This document shows, piece by piece, positions 36,891 through 50,907 of a stretch of DNA of 53,652 bases. The notes below the pieces were generated by a model. The model did no database searches. It was not told the DNA's origin and was given only the letters and a program-made list of their open reading frames with translations. Position numbers and translations under genes: made by a program. The stretch comes from Prorocentrum cordatum (Eukaryota). Location of the stretch: contig CAUYUJ010000302.1 in the NCBI GenBank assembly GCA_963575745.1, forward strand, positions 62,001 to 115,652, written 5' to 3'. Numbering within the stretch: the first letter of the stretch is position 1; every line of letters begins with the position of its first letter.

Positions 36891-37376
36891 TATATAGATG
36901 TATGTATATAGGAGACCTTCCAAAAACCTTCTTGCGGCAGGCTTTTGGGAGGTTTTAGGGGGGATCTTTTCAAAACCTTTTCAAAACCTTCCCGCGGGAA
37001 CTTGTTGCGAGGTTTAAGGGGGAAATCGTCCTGCAACCTTCTTGGGGAAGGTGGTTGTTGAAAGGTTTCTGGGCTTTTTTTTTGTTTTGTTTTGGGGGGG
37101 GTCTGGATTTTAGGAAGATTATTGGAAGGATTTTGGCCGGTTTTTGAAAGGCAGTTTGACATTTTCCCAACCCTCCTTGGTTAGGTATTCGTTTTGAATG
37201 AGGGACTATGGTCTCCACCTTCCTCTTCCTCCCGCCTCTCTCCCTCCTCCTGCGTCCTGCTTACTGCTTTATTCCCAACCCTCCTTGGTGAGGTATTCGT
37301 TTTGAATAGAGCACTGCTCGCGCGTCTCCTCCCGCCTCCCTCCTGCCTCCTGCCTGCCTCCTCCTGTCTTGCCTGC

Positions 37377-37847
37377 GGGGGGCTGCGATCTGTGAAACTG
37401 TCGCCACTTTCGAGGCCTGCTGGGGGGCCCAGCACAGTGAGGGCCACGGGCGGACCCAAATTAGACCTCGCCATCCCTGGGGGGCTGCGATCTGTGAAAC
37501 TGTCGCCACTTTCGAGGCCTGCTGGGGGGCCCAGCACAGTGACGCCACGGGCAGATTCAAATTAGACCTCGCCATCCCTGGGGGGCTGCGATCTGTGAAA
37601 CTGTCGCCACTTTCGAGGCCTGCTGGGGGGCCCAGCACAGTGACGCCACGCGAGGACCCAAATTAGACCTCGCCATCCCTGGGGGGCTGCGATCTGTGAA
37701 ACTGTCGCCACTTTCGAGGCCTGCTGGGGGGCCCAGCACAGTGACGCCACGCGCGGACCCAAATTAGACCTCGCCATCCCTGGGGGGCTGCGATCTGTGA
37801 AACTGTCGCCACTTTCGAGGCCTGCTGGGGGGCCCAGCAGACCTCGA
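37377..37847 (+). repeat. Homogeneous tandem repeat, ~101 bp x ~4.6
   Basis: GGGGGGCTGCGATCTGTGAAACTGTCGCCACTTTCGAGG at 37377, 37479, 37580, 37681 and 37782. Confidence 0.95.
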
Positions 37848-38752
37848 ATGTGGCGGGCGTCCTCGCCACGTCGGCGCGTCGGGCTAGCGTTTGGGGCCTG
37901 CGTGCGAGGCGCGTGCGCGGCAAGCGCGCCCGCACCGCGTACTGGGGCGTCGAGTGAATGCAGAGCGAGGCCCCACGTGGCGCAAGCCATCATGCTAGCT
38001 TTTAAATTGCTCTCCGCGTCACGTTGCTGCTGCCACGTCAGCGGGGGCTCTTAGGGAGCCTGGCGAGTAGTAGTTCAATCACATGTGTCTGCGTTTATGC
38101 TGCATCAAATTGGTTGGAACTCGCTGGGTGAAGAGTTGTACCTCGCAAAAGATGCAAGCGACTTGCACATCATTTGCAGGGGGCGAAGCGGAAAGAACAG
38201 CTTGCTCTCTACGAGACGCCCCTCATGCCTCGTGAGTTGCTCTCAGGCCCTCGATCACATCATCCTCGAACCGTTATTGTTTCTGGGACCTCGCCGCAGA
38301 CTCAAGTTCGACCTCGCCATCTTTCGGGGGCTGCTATATGATATTCCCGCTTTCGAAGTGGCTAGGGCTGCTCAGGGATTGTAACTATTCAGCTTTATCT
38401 AGTCCTTGCCCTGTAGCCAGTGTCCTGCGAGTCTATCGAATTCCGTCTGCAGACATATGTAATGCTCGCTCCGTCATCGCCCCACTTATAGAGTGTCCTA
38501 AACTATTTGCGCCCCGCGTTTGCGCAGGGGTTGGGTACGTCGCCAGGGTAATTTTGGAAGGTTGTTGGAGATTGAAGGTTGTTGGAAGGTTTATGGGAAG
38601 GTTTTGTTGCCAGGTTTTTTGGAGGTTACTGGATGGTTTTTAGAAGGTCGTTGGGAGGTTTGTTGGGGGTGTTTGGAACGACCTTCCAAAACCTCCCCCT
38701 CGGAACCAGGGAAAACTTGCGAAAACATGGCAAAACATGTTCCTCTGGATAA

Positions 38753-40477
<1,725 letters not shown>

Positions 40478-41011
40478 TGCTCTTGTTTGAAGAGGAGTTC
40501 CTGTCTAGATGGGGACTGCTCTCGCAATGGACGTTCAGGTTTGGCTGTCTGTTGCTGATGCGATCATTCAGGGCTTGGGACCATCCCCATTTATCCAGCT
40601 TTCTGCGGAACCCTTCGCCTCCGTGCTTGTATACCGGCGCAGCAGGACGGAGTTGAATTCCTGGTGCTTCGCTCATCCCCACCAGCCCATCCAGAAACGA
40701 TGCCCCGGGGAGCTGCGCTTATCGGGGGATCGTGGCATCACTTGGAGAGTTCGGGGGGCCTCCGTGGGCCAGAGGCTTCTTTGATGCCTCTCGGAGTCTC
40801 CTGGGACGTCTCTCGGTGTCTTTTAGGTGTCTCTTGGGGCGTCTTGGGGGCCTGCTGGCGGCTCTTGGACTCTTGGGGCCCTCTTGGGGCGGGAGCCTCT
40901 TGGAAGGCTCCGTGGACGCCTTGGGGGCCCTTTGGTGGTCTTCAAAGCATTTTGGGGCCGTCTTGGCTTCCTCTTGGGGGTCTCTTGGGATATCTTGGGG
41001 GCCGCTTACTT

Positions 41012-42005
41012 GGAGACCTCGCGGCTCCCTCGGGGGCTGCGATCTGCGCAGTTGTCGTCATTTTCGTGGGCGCCTGGGCACGGCGGAGGTGAGGGCCAGC
41101 TTCCAGCAGCTAAGTTGGAGACCTCGCGGCTTCCTCGGGGGCTACAACATGCGCAGTTTTCGTCATGTTCGTGGGCTCCAGAGAGGCACGTTGGAGGTGA
41201 GGGCCAGCGGATCATTTTGAAACCTCGCGGCTCTCTCGGGGGCTGCGAATTGCGTAACGGTTGTCATTTTCCCTCCGTGGGATCTTGGGGGGCACGGCGG
41301 AGGTGAGGGCCACGCGGATCACTTTGAGACCTCGCGGCTCCCTCAGTGGCCGCGAATTGCGCAGTTGTCAGCACTTTCGTGGGCGCCTGGGATGCACGGC
41401 GGAGGTGAGGGCCACGCGGATCACTTCGAGACCTCGCGGCTCCCCCGGGGGCTGCGGAGTGCGCAGTTGTCGTCTTTTTTCGTGGGCTCTAGGGAAGCAC
41501 GGCGGAGGTGAGGGCAGCGCGGATGACTTGGAGACCTCGCGCCCCCCTCGGGGGCTGCGCACTGCGCAATTGTCGTCACTTTCGTGGGCGCCTGAGAGGC
41601 ACGGCGGAGGTGAGGGCAGCACAGATTCAGGTGAGACCTCGCGGCTCCCTCGAGGGCTGCGAATGGCGCAGCTGTTGTCACTGTCGTGGGCTCTAGGGAA
41701 GCACGTCGGAGGTGAGGGCAGCGCAGATCACTCGAAGACCTCGAGTCTCCCCCTCGGGGGCTGCGAAGCTCGCAATTGTCGGTGCCTTTCGTGGGCGCGC
41801 CTGAGAGGCACGTTGGAGGTGAGGGCCACGCGGACACTTCGAGACCTATCGACTCCTTCGGGGGCTGCGAACTGCGCAGTTGTCGTCTCTTTCCGTGGGC
41901 GCCTGGGGGGCACGGCCGAGGCGGGGGCAGCGCGGACCACTGAGGCCTCGCGGCTCCCTCGGGGGCTGCGAGCTGCGCAGATGTCGTCACTTTCGTGGGC
42001 TCCTG
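41012..42005 (+). repeat. Diverged tandem repeat, ~100-108 bp x ~10
   Basis: GAGACCTCGCGGCTCCCTCGGGGGCTGCGA...TTGTCGTCACTTTCGTGGGC...GGAGGTGAGGGC recurs. Confidence 0.9.
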
Positions 42006-44209
42006 GGGGGGGGCACGGCGGAGTGCAGGGCAGCGTAGATTGTGCATATCTCTCGCGACGTGTTCTGTTGCATGGGGCGTTCATGCAAATGGTTGCCTCG
42101 CGTGGAAAAGGGGTTGGGTACGTCTCGGGGAAGTGCTGCCTCCTCGGGCTCTCCTGGAGGGCCTCCCTGGTCTTCGGGCCGTCTTGGAAGCCTCTCGAGC
42201 CGTCTTGAGGCCGTTTTGGGAGCCTCTTGAGTTGTTTGGGCCATCATGTGCGGCCTTGCTTCCTCGTAAGCGAGAGTCACCAGTTCGTGCTGACTCTCTT
42301 GGAGGCCATCTTGGCCGCCCGGAGGCCGAAGAGAGCCCCGGAGAGAAATCCAGCAAGGCCGATTTGTTAAGCACGCGCGTTGGTGAGGGGGGGTGCCGGC
42401 CCCAGAAAGCATTAAAACCGCACCAGGCAACATAAGAGCGTTGTCGTCGTTTTCTTATTCATTGTTTTTTCGATCGGCGCGGGCCTTCGCACCCCCCCTC
42501 CCCCCTCCCACCCCTCCCCCCCTCCCCCTCCCCCCTCCCCCTCCCGCCCAATGTCGAAACTCCGAATATGAAAGCATTCACATTCTTTCACGCCCACTCT
42601 GTGCAGGCACGGCGGCGGATCGTTGCCGATAGTTGCATTGCAGCATATGCGACGGCAGATCGCCAGCAGACAAGACGCTTCCACTGGAATGCTGTGCTTC
42701 TTTTTTCTCCATGTAGTTTGGTTCATAAGCGGCCAGTCTACGGGAACGGATAGTGCAGCCAGCATATATTCACAGGCGCATTTCAGCGCACATCTTCAGT
42801 ACATGAACTGCTGCCGTTAGGCACCGCCTTGAGACATGAGACACCACAGCTGCGTGGCATGGCCCGCTGTCGAGCGTGAAACAGATCAGTGTCGACCCCC
42901 TGCCAGCCCATATGGCATCATCGTTGCTTTCGGCTTGTAAGCTCGGGTGGATCTGAAAGTTGATGGGTTGTGGCCATTCCCCCAAAGTGTCGTGTGGTTG
43001 GAGTTTGGGGAGCAGTCGCTTCATAGCTCGAGGGCGATACCCGGTGGAAGATCCCTCCAGCTCCGTTCCGCCATCGACTGGGTAGATTGAGGGCGGAGCC
43101 ACGTAGAACATTTTGGTCAGCAGCGGAAGCGCACGCCAACGCGTTCGGAACCCAAGTGTAGCCATGGGAGCCCGTTCGAAGGCTGTCGGGAGCATCTTGG
43201 AGGTCCCTTGGGGGCCCCTGGGGGCCTTCTTGGAGCCCCTTTGTGAGCCTCACACAGGCTATTTGGCGCCTATTGAGGGCCTCCCTCCTCCCTGGGATTG
43301 CTTTGAACTATCATAGGGGCTATCTTCAGATATCTTGGGGCCGTCTTGGAGCCATCCTGGGGCCTTTCTGAAGCTCTTCTGTGGAATTTCGGGGAGCTGT
43401 TCGGGCTTTCTGGGGCCTTCTTGGGGTCACCTCGGGGTCTGATAAACCCAGCAAGCCTCGGGACCTTGAGGTCACCTCGGGACCTTGGGGTCACCTCGGG
43501 GCTTTCTGGGGCCCTGTTGGGGTCACCTCGGGGCTTTCTGGAGTCCGCAATGTCGAGAATTGAAAAAACATGTTTTCTTGGTGTGCGTTGAAGTTGGCTC
43601 TCTCGCGAGCTTCCGATGCTGGGCCCCATGGGCGGTCTCGGAGCCTCTTGGAGCGTCTTCGATTTTTTTGGCTTGGGCGTAACGGAGGCGTCTTGGAGGC
43701 ATCTTGGGGCGTCTTGGAGGCCTCTTGGCGCGTCTGCGAGGCGTCTTGGGGTCGTCTCGATTGCTCGAACGCAGACAGTTTTTTTCCTGGGATCGTAGCC
43801 TCGGGCGCGCTGATCGTGGCCCTGGGAGGGCGCGTCCGCGGTGTTTCGCGCATTCACGGTGTTGTTTCTTGTCCGATGGCTTCCAGAGACAGGGGCAGGC
43901 GAGGAACCCCACAGCTTCGCGGACGGCCCAAGCAGGCAACAAACACACAAAGGGATGTTTCAGTGGGACATCGGCCAGAGGATCTGACACGCAGTCGCCC
44001 AGTTAGGCCCGCGAAGTTCCCCACTGGCGCGCTCTGTGTGGTGCGCGCTCTACGAAGGGCGCGCTTGTTCCCGTGCCCCTTCTCCCCCAACCTGGCCCTG
44101 TAAACAAGGTAATTTTGGATTTTACACGCCACCCAAAGCGCGGACTCCAATGCGCGCGTCCCGTTTCTTGTTTCTTTTTCCCGCCCAGCCAGGCCTCGCC
44201 AGAGGGAGG

Positions 44210-45285
44210 TGTACATATACATTTATGCACATCTAAATACATATGCATATGCATGCATGTATGCATGCATACATGTATGTATGTATATGCGTATGTATGT
44301 GTGCATGCATGCATGCAGGCATTCATGCATGTATGCATGTATGTATGTAAATATGTTTATATGCATGTATGTCTGTATGTATATGTGCATGCAATTATGT
44401 ATGTATGTATGTATGTATGTATCTATATATGCATGCATGTATGCATGCATGTATGTATGTACATGTATATGTATATTGATATGTACATGTACATGTGCAT
44501 GCATGTGTATATGTATACGTACATGTATATGTATATGTAGATGTACATGAAGACGTATATGTAAATGTATATGTATATGTACATGTATGTATGTATGCTT
44601 GTATGCATGCATGCATACATGCATGCATGCCTGTACGCATGCGTGCGTACGTATGCATGCATGCATGTAATACGTATATGTACATGTATATGTATAGTTA
44701 TATGGATCTGTAACTGCATATGTATATGTATATGTACATGTGCATGTATAGGATATGTACATGCATGCATGTGTGTATGTATGTATGTATTCATGCATGC
44801 ATGTACGCATGGATTGATGGCCGTATGTATGTGTGTGTATGTATGCATGCATGTAGGTATATAGGTATGTACGTATGCATGTAGGTATGCATATGTGTAT
44901 GCATGTATGTATGTATGCATGCATGTATGTGTGTGTGTATGTATGCATGCATGCATGTATGTATGTATGTATGTATGTATGTGCATGCATGTATGTATGC
45001 ATGTATGTATATATGTATTCTGGTATGCATATATGCATGCCTGCATGTATGCATCTATGTAAGCATGTATGTATGTATGCATGTATTCATGCATGTATAT
45101 ATATATATATATGCATGTATGTACGTATGTGCGCATGTAAGTATGTATGCATGTATGCATGTATGTATGTAGGTGCGTGTATGCATATATGCATGACTGT
45201 GTGTATGTATGTATGTATGCATGCATGCATGCATGCATGCATGCATGTAGGTATGTATATGTGTATATACATACATGTATGTATT
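44210..45285. repeat. Compound (ATGT/ATGC/AT)n alternating purine-pyrimidine microsatellite
   Basis: Directly visible. Confidence 0.95.
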
Positions 45286-46118
45286 ACGCTCTTATCCTTG
45301 CGTCGTGCTCTGCGACACGTGCCGCGAGGCGCTGCTCGTGGCAGGTCCCGCCGCCGTGTCAGTGCAGCACTCAGTGTGGCGACGCTTCGGGCACCAGCCA
45401 GAAGGCAGCAGCACGTGGCGCCTCTCGTGCCCTATCCTTTGGGAGGTGCCCTCCCGGGGCGTAACATATTCTGTGGCTGCTTTCTGCGCTTCGAGGCCGT
45501 CTGGGGGGGCCCTTTTGGGCCGTCTGCGGGCCGTCTTGGGCTGCCTTGGGCCCCTCTCCGTCGACGAGGGGGCGTCTCTTGGGACCGTCTTTGGGGACCC
45601 TTGGGGCCCTCCTGGCGTCCCGGGCCCCCCTCTCAGCCAGTCTTGGCGCCCTCTCGGAGCTGTCTTGGAGCCTTCTTGGTGCCCTGATGGGCCCTTGTGG
45701 TATCTCTTTGGCTCCTCCCAGGCCCTCTTAGAAGACCACCTTGGGCCGAGAGACCCAGGAAGTTCGAAACGGTCCAATACCTATGGCCCCCCAGGTTTTT
45801 GGAGGATGTTGGCTTTCCCGGAGGGTTTCTTAGTTTTCCTCTTTGGTGTCTTTGAGTCGTCTTTGAGGTCTCTTTGACGTTTCTTGGGGTCTTCTCGGAG
45901 GCTGCTACTGTCTCTTGAGGCAACCGTCGGCCATCTTTCAGGAGGGAAAAAAACACAGACACACGTAATCCTCGATTCCCCAGAAGATATGGAACATATG
46001 GGAAGTGGGGGGGAAGACAGAAACCCAGAACATATGGGAAAATATGGGGAGTCTTTTTATTAGTGTGTACTTATTTGTGTGTCCTGGGGCCCCTTCCATC
46101 TTGGTGGCCTTGGTTCGC

Positions 46119-46315
46119 AGGCCTAGAAATTAACACCAACACCAATATCGGCGGTGTTCCTCCACCGAGGGAAGAAAGATCCCGATCTCGGTGATGGTGG
46201 TAATATTCTGGCTTCCAAGGTGGCCGAAGTATTACCACCAACGCCGAGATCTAGGATCATCTCCCCCCTGTGGAGGCAGCCCCCTGTCTTGGTGTTGGTG
46301 CCCATGTCCAGGCCT
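46119..46315. other. ~200-bp imperfect foldback
   Basis: Nested pairings CACCAACACCAA/TTGGTGTTGGTG, CCTCCAC/GTGGAGG and GATCTCGGTGATGGTGGTAATA/TATTACCACCAACGCCGAGATC. Confidence 0.85.
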
Positions 46316-46881
46316 CCAATTGGTGGCCTTCCTGGGCCGCCTTGGCAGACGCCTCGGCGTGCCCCGGAGAGCCCCGGGGAGGCGCCGGGCCGACCGGGAA
46401 GCCTCTGGGGGGGGGGGCGGGGGTGATGCGTGCGGCGGCGTGGGACAGGCGGGTGGGGGCCTCCAGAAGGGTCCAGGGCCCCCAGGAGAAGGAGGATGAG
46501 GAGGAGGAGGAGGAGGAGGATAAGGAGGAGGAGGAGGAGGAGGAGGAGGAGGAGGAGGGGGGGATCGGCAAGCAGAGGGAGAGGCGGAGGAGTGGGACAA
46601 GCTGGTGGGGGCCTCCAGAACCCAGCCAGGCAGCATTCGGCATTCTAGAAGCCTCCACGTGCCAGGAGCACGGTGGCGAATTCCCTAGGCCTTCGCCCGT
46701 TCAACCAGCGGGGTGCACATCGGTTCTGTTCACCCACTTGCGTCGTGCTTGCTTGCCCTTCATCCGCCCCTCGTCGTTATCGTTATCTTCGTACCATGGT
46801 GGTCGTCGTCATTGTTGTCGTCGGCGTCGTCGTCGTCGCCGCATGGCGGATGATGTCGGTAATAATGACGGTGATTAGGTC

Positions 46882-46884
<3 letters not shown>

Positions 46885-46928
<44 letters not shown>

Positions 46929-47224
46929 AGTGGCCTCCGGCCAGTGCCGCCGATCCGGGGCGCTCTGGATGATGAAGATGATGAATGATGATGATGCTGC
47001 TGCGCAGATGCTGATGCGATGCGTCTTGCGCAAGCTTGAATGATGAACGATGACGCTAGCTGATGATGATGATGAATGAGAATGATGATGATGATGATGA
47101 TGAAATTATATGAAGATGATGATGATCATGATAATTATGAGAAGATGAACCATATTGATAATAAGAATGATGATGATATTATGAGAAGAAGATGAGATTA
47201 AGATGGATGATGATTGAAGATGAA

Positions 47225-47298
<74 letters not shown>
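46885..47298 (+). repeat. (TA)n tract (~46885-46925) then (GAT)n tract
   Basis: Directly visible. Confidence 0.9.
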
Positions 47299-47304
47299 GA
47301 TGGC

Positions 47305-48465
47305 GCCGACGGTCCCGGGTTCCGGTTCCGCGCTCGTCCTGGGTCCCGCGTCCGCGCTCGTCCCAGGCCCCGGGTCCTGCGATGGTCCCGGGTCCCGGGG
47401 CTCGCGCCGGTTCCGGGTCCCGGGTCCTGCGCCCGGCCGGGTCCCGGGTTCCACGGCGGTCCCGGCGGCGTCCCGGGTTCCGCTCCGGTCCCGGGTCGCG
47501 GGTCCCGGGTCTCGCGCCGGTCGGGTCCCGGGACGGTCCCGGGTGCCGGGCTCCGGGTCCCGCGCCGGTCCCGGGTCTCGGGTCCCGCGCCGGTCCCGGG
47601 TGGCGGGTCCCGGGTCCGGCGCTCGTGCTGGGTTCGGGGTTCCGGGTTCCGCGCCAGTCCCGGGTCCCGAGTCCGGAGTCCCAGGTCTCGGGTCCCGCGC
47701 CGGTCCCGGGTGTCGGGTCCCGCGCCGGTCCCGGGTTCCGGGTGCCGGGTCCCGCGCCGGTCCCGGGTCCCGGGTCCCGGGCTGCAGGTTCCGGATCCCG
47801 CGCCGGTCCCGGGTCCCGGGTGCCGCGCCGGTCCCATGTCCCGGGCCCCGGGTCCCGCGCTCGTCCCGGGTCCCAGATCCTGCGCCGGAGGTCCTGCGCC
47901 GGTCCCGGGTTTCGCGCCGGTTTGAGTTCCGGGTTCCGCGTCACTCCCAGGTCCGGGTCCCGGGTCCCGCGCTGGTCCCGGGTCTCGTGCCGGTCCCGGG
48001 TTCCGGGTCCGCGCTCGTCCCAGATCCCGGGTTCCGCGCCGGTGCCGGGTCCCGGGGCTCGCGCCGGTTCCGGGTCCCGGGTCCTGCGCCCGTCCCGTGT
48101 CCCGGGTCCCACCGCGGTCGTCCCAGCTGGGTCCCGGGTTCCGCTCTGGTCCCGGGTCGCGGCTCCCGGGTCTCGCGCCGGTCGTACCCGGTCTCGCGCC
48201 GGTCGGGTCCCGGGACGATCCCGGGTCCCGGGTCCCTGGTCCCGCGCCGGTCCCGGGTCTCGGGTCCCGCGCCGGTCCCGGGTGGCGGGTCCCGGGTCCC
48301 GGGGCCGGAAAAACGTCAGCCCGCGTCAGCTCGCGTGAGCCCCCCCCCGCCTCGCCAGAGCCGGGTCCCGCGCCGGTGCCGGGTCCCGGGGCTCGCGCCG
48401 GTTCCGGGTCCCGGGTCCTGCGCCCGTCCCGGGTCCCGGGTCCCACGGCGGTCGTCCCAGCGGGG
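47305..48465 (+). repeat. GC-rich GGTCCCG/CCCGGG satellite with internal block duplications
   Basis: 7-bp periodicity; the block at ~47385-47620 is re-copied at ~48040-48300 and partly at ~48375-48460. Confidence 0.9.
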
Positions 48466-48484
48466 TCCTGCCTTGAGACTCCAA

Positions 48485-48522
48485 GGTCGATCTATAGTGC
48501 GGGGTCGAACTATAGATCGACC
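48485..48522. other. Hairpin, 14-bp perfect stem, 10-nt loop
   Basis: GGTCGATCTATAGT-gcggggtcga-ACTATAGATCGACC. Confidence 0.9.
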
Positions 48523-48747
48523 TGGCACTTTCCTTGGGTCGCACTATAGTCCAACCCATGATTTTTGGCCAGGTCGTACTTTTCTTCGCTCGCGCATTGT
48601 TAAGGATCCCCTGAGTGAGGGGGGCATGCGTCCCCTGAGCGAGGGGTATCGGCTGCATCACATTGCGCGCATGTTACAACATCCCGCAGCTGCGAAGGCT
48701 CGAGGGCACATAGCGCTACTCTTGCTTGCGCGCACTGGGGGTGGGCA

Positions 48748-50153
48748 ATGGTCAAGGGCAAGACGGAGGTGAAGATACGGGCTTCTTCTGTGACAGAGGA
48801 ACAGTTGAAGCCGCTCGTGAAACAGCACATTGATCTCATCGAAAAATGCCAACTGCAAGGGGGCATAGATGACTTCATGAAGAACAACATGCCGTTTCTC
48901 TTGCCGCTTGCGCAGCTCACCACACGCGTCAAATGGAAGAACCTCCAGGACGTCGTGTTGAAGCAGAAGCCGAACATGCACCAGGAAGAGTGTAGGCGTT
49001 TCTGCCAGGAGGTGGCCAACGCTTTCAGCCATGTTTGCAACAAGTTCTACATCGCCAAGACGGGGGGGAAGCTGGAGGCGCACGCAAAAATGCTTGGGGT
49101 GGCAATGGGGCTGCAGCCTGGCAGGGCAAGCCCAAGCACAGGAGAGAGCAAAAAACGCGCCGACAGCAGCTCCGACATAGAGATGAACCCTCCAAAATCT
49201 TCCACGGCCGCCGCGTCGTCCAGCGCAGATGGGGGCAGCAGGCGCAATGTCATCAAGAACGCCTTCGGCATCAGCCCGCCTCCGAAACCGGCAGGGAAGA
49301 AACAGAAGGTTGCCACGTGGAGCCCGATGGTGGTGTTCTCGTCGCAGGAGGACGTCGAGCTCGCTGACCCGCCCGCCGCGGCCCCGAAGGAGGATCGGAG
49401 GGGGCGGGCAGGGTGGGAGGGGGAGGGGAGCAGTTTTGATTTTTCACGGCGTAACCGAACCCCTTCGGGAGGGGAGCTCGGGAGGGGCAAGTGAGAGACC
49501 CGCCCCAGGATCCCCTGGCCGCGTATTTCGATTTCAACTCCGAGCCGATGTGCATGGTGATGAAGTTCGCAGACAGGGAGGAGCGGGGAACACTGACGAA
49601 AGGAGGCGATGGTTTCTTGGATGCCGTGTTTCCCGACGGCAGGACGGAGAAGACGGAGCAGCCCAACGCCCTCCTGGCAGCAAGAGCGGCAGCCGCGCAG
49701 GCGAAGGCGAAAGCGTGCAAAAAAGGGAAGCCAGCAGGACATGTAGTGGCAAAGAAGCCTGCAATGAGAAAGCCCAGTGCAGCCGCCGCGAACACGGAGA
49801 CGGACCAGGACGATGAGGGGGAGGAGGAAGAGCAGCTGGAACCCGATGAGCCCGTGGATGCTGCAGATGAGCCCTCGGTCGGCGCTGGGCCCCCCGCTGG
49901 CCACGCCGACCGCGGGTACAGCGTGATGTACTACAAGAGGGACCACTCTATCGGGTTGAAGCGGACGCACGGTGAGAAGAACCAGTTTGTGAGTTTCGGC
50001 GGGAAAAAGTACAAGGACACCTTGGACGAGGCCACGCTCAGGGAGATCGGCGCAGAGCTGAAGAAGGCCTTGGTCGACGGCACCGTGGCTGACACCAAGG
50101 AAGCTGCTAAGGCGGAGGCTGAGCGCTTAGTGGCACAGCGCTTGGGCGACTAA
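48748..50153 (+). CDS. 2-exon ~430-aa hypothetical basic protein with a possible AP2-like C-terminal DNA-binding domain
   Basis: Exons 48748-49392 and 49509-50153 join in phase 0 across a GA-AG intron with AG|GATC at both junctions. KKPA-type basic stretch, then YSVMYYKRDHSIGLKR...NQFVSFGGKKY and a helix. Confidence 0.7.
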
Positions 50154-50907
50154 TCGCATCCATCCTCATCATCGCATCCATCATCATCATCATCCTTACC
50201 GTCTTCATCGCCATTGCCATCGCCATACCCGTTGGCAGAGCGCCCTCTCCAGTGCTAGACGACACCCCCTCATCGCAGGGGCGCCCCTCCGTGAGGGGAC
50301 CGCGCGATGGATTGGCGAGTGATGGAACCCCTTAAGAGGGGAACCCCTTAAGAGGGGCTTCAGCACACTCGCGATAAGACAGGGCAACGGCCCCCTCCGA
50401 GAGGGGACCCCTCGGGGAGGGGATCAAAGGTGCGGCAGTCTGCTTACTCATTATGTGTATGGCATTGCGTTTCCTCCTCGTTCCATCCCTCTCCCATTTG
50501 CTTTCATGTTCTTCATCCGCAACCGTTCGACAGAGCTGACGCCCAGCGCGCTTGGGGGCCAGCCCCCCGCCCCGAGCTCGCGGCCACGCGGGCGCTCATC
50601 GTGTGCCTCTCGGCGCTCCAGGCCGCGCGGAAGCAGAATGCAAGGGGGGAGTTGGGGCAGGACGAGGAGAAAAGTAAGAGTGACGGCCACTTGTGTGGCC
50701 ATCTGGGCGATAAAAATCAATCCAGCAGCCGAGTTTTAGACCCACCTTTTTTAGCAAAAAAAGGGGGGGCTAACATTGGACGAATTCCTATGAAATTCCA
50801 TTACATTCACCCCCCCGAAGGGCCTCCCACGAGGCCCCCAGATTTTAGCCTTTTGAGTCTGACTAAAAACTTTCGGCCGCAACCGTTCTGGACCCCAGGC
50901 TTCCGGC

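Noticed and set aside
37377..37847. CRISPR or tRNA/5S array
   Set aside because: Whole units are near-identical with no unique spacers, and no cloverleaf or 5S signature was recognised.
42600..43195. Possible decayed retroelement coding fragment (also ~38050-38400)
   Set aside because: Complex sequence, but short and stop-interrupted with no RT or endonuclease motif I can identify; needs tBLASTx.
44073..45687. M/Y/V/C/H-rich ORFs
   Set aside because: Translations of the ATGT/ATGC microsatellite.
47106..48772. Collagen-like G/P/R ORFs
   Set aside because: Open in several frames on both strands because the CCCGGG satellite lacks stop codons.
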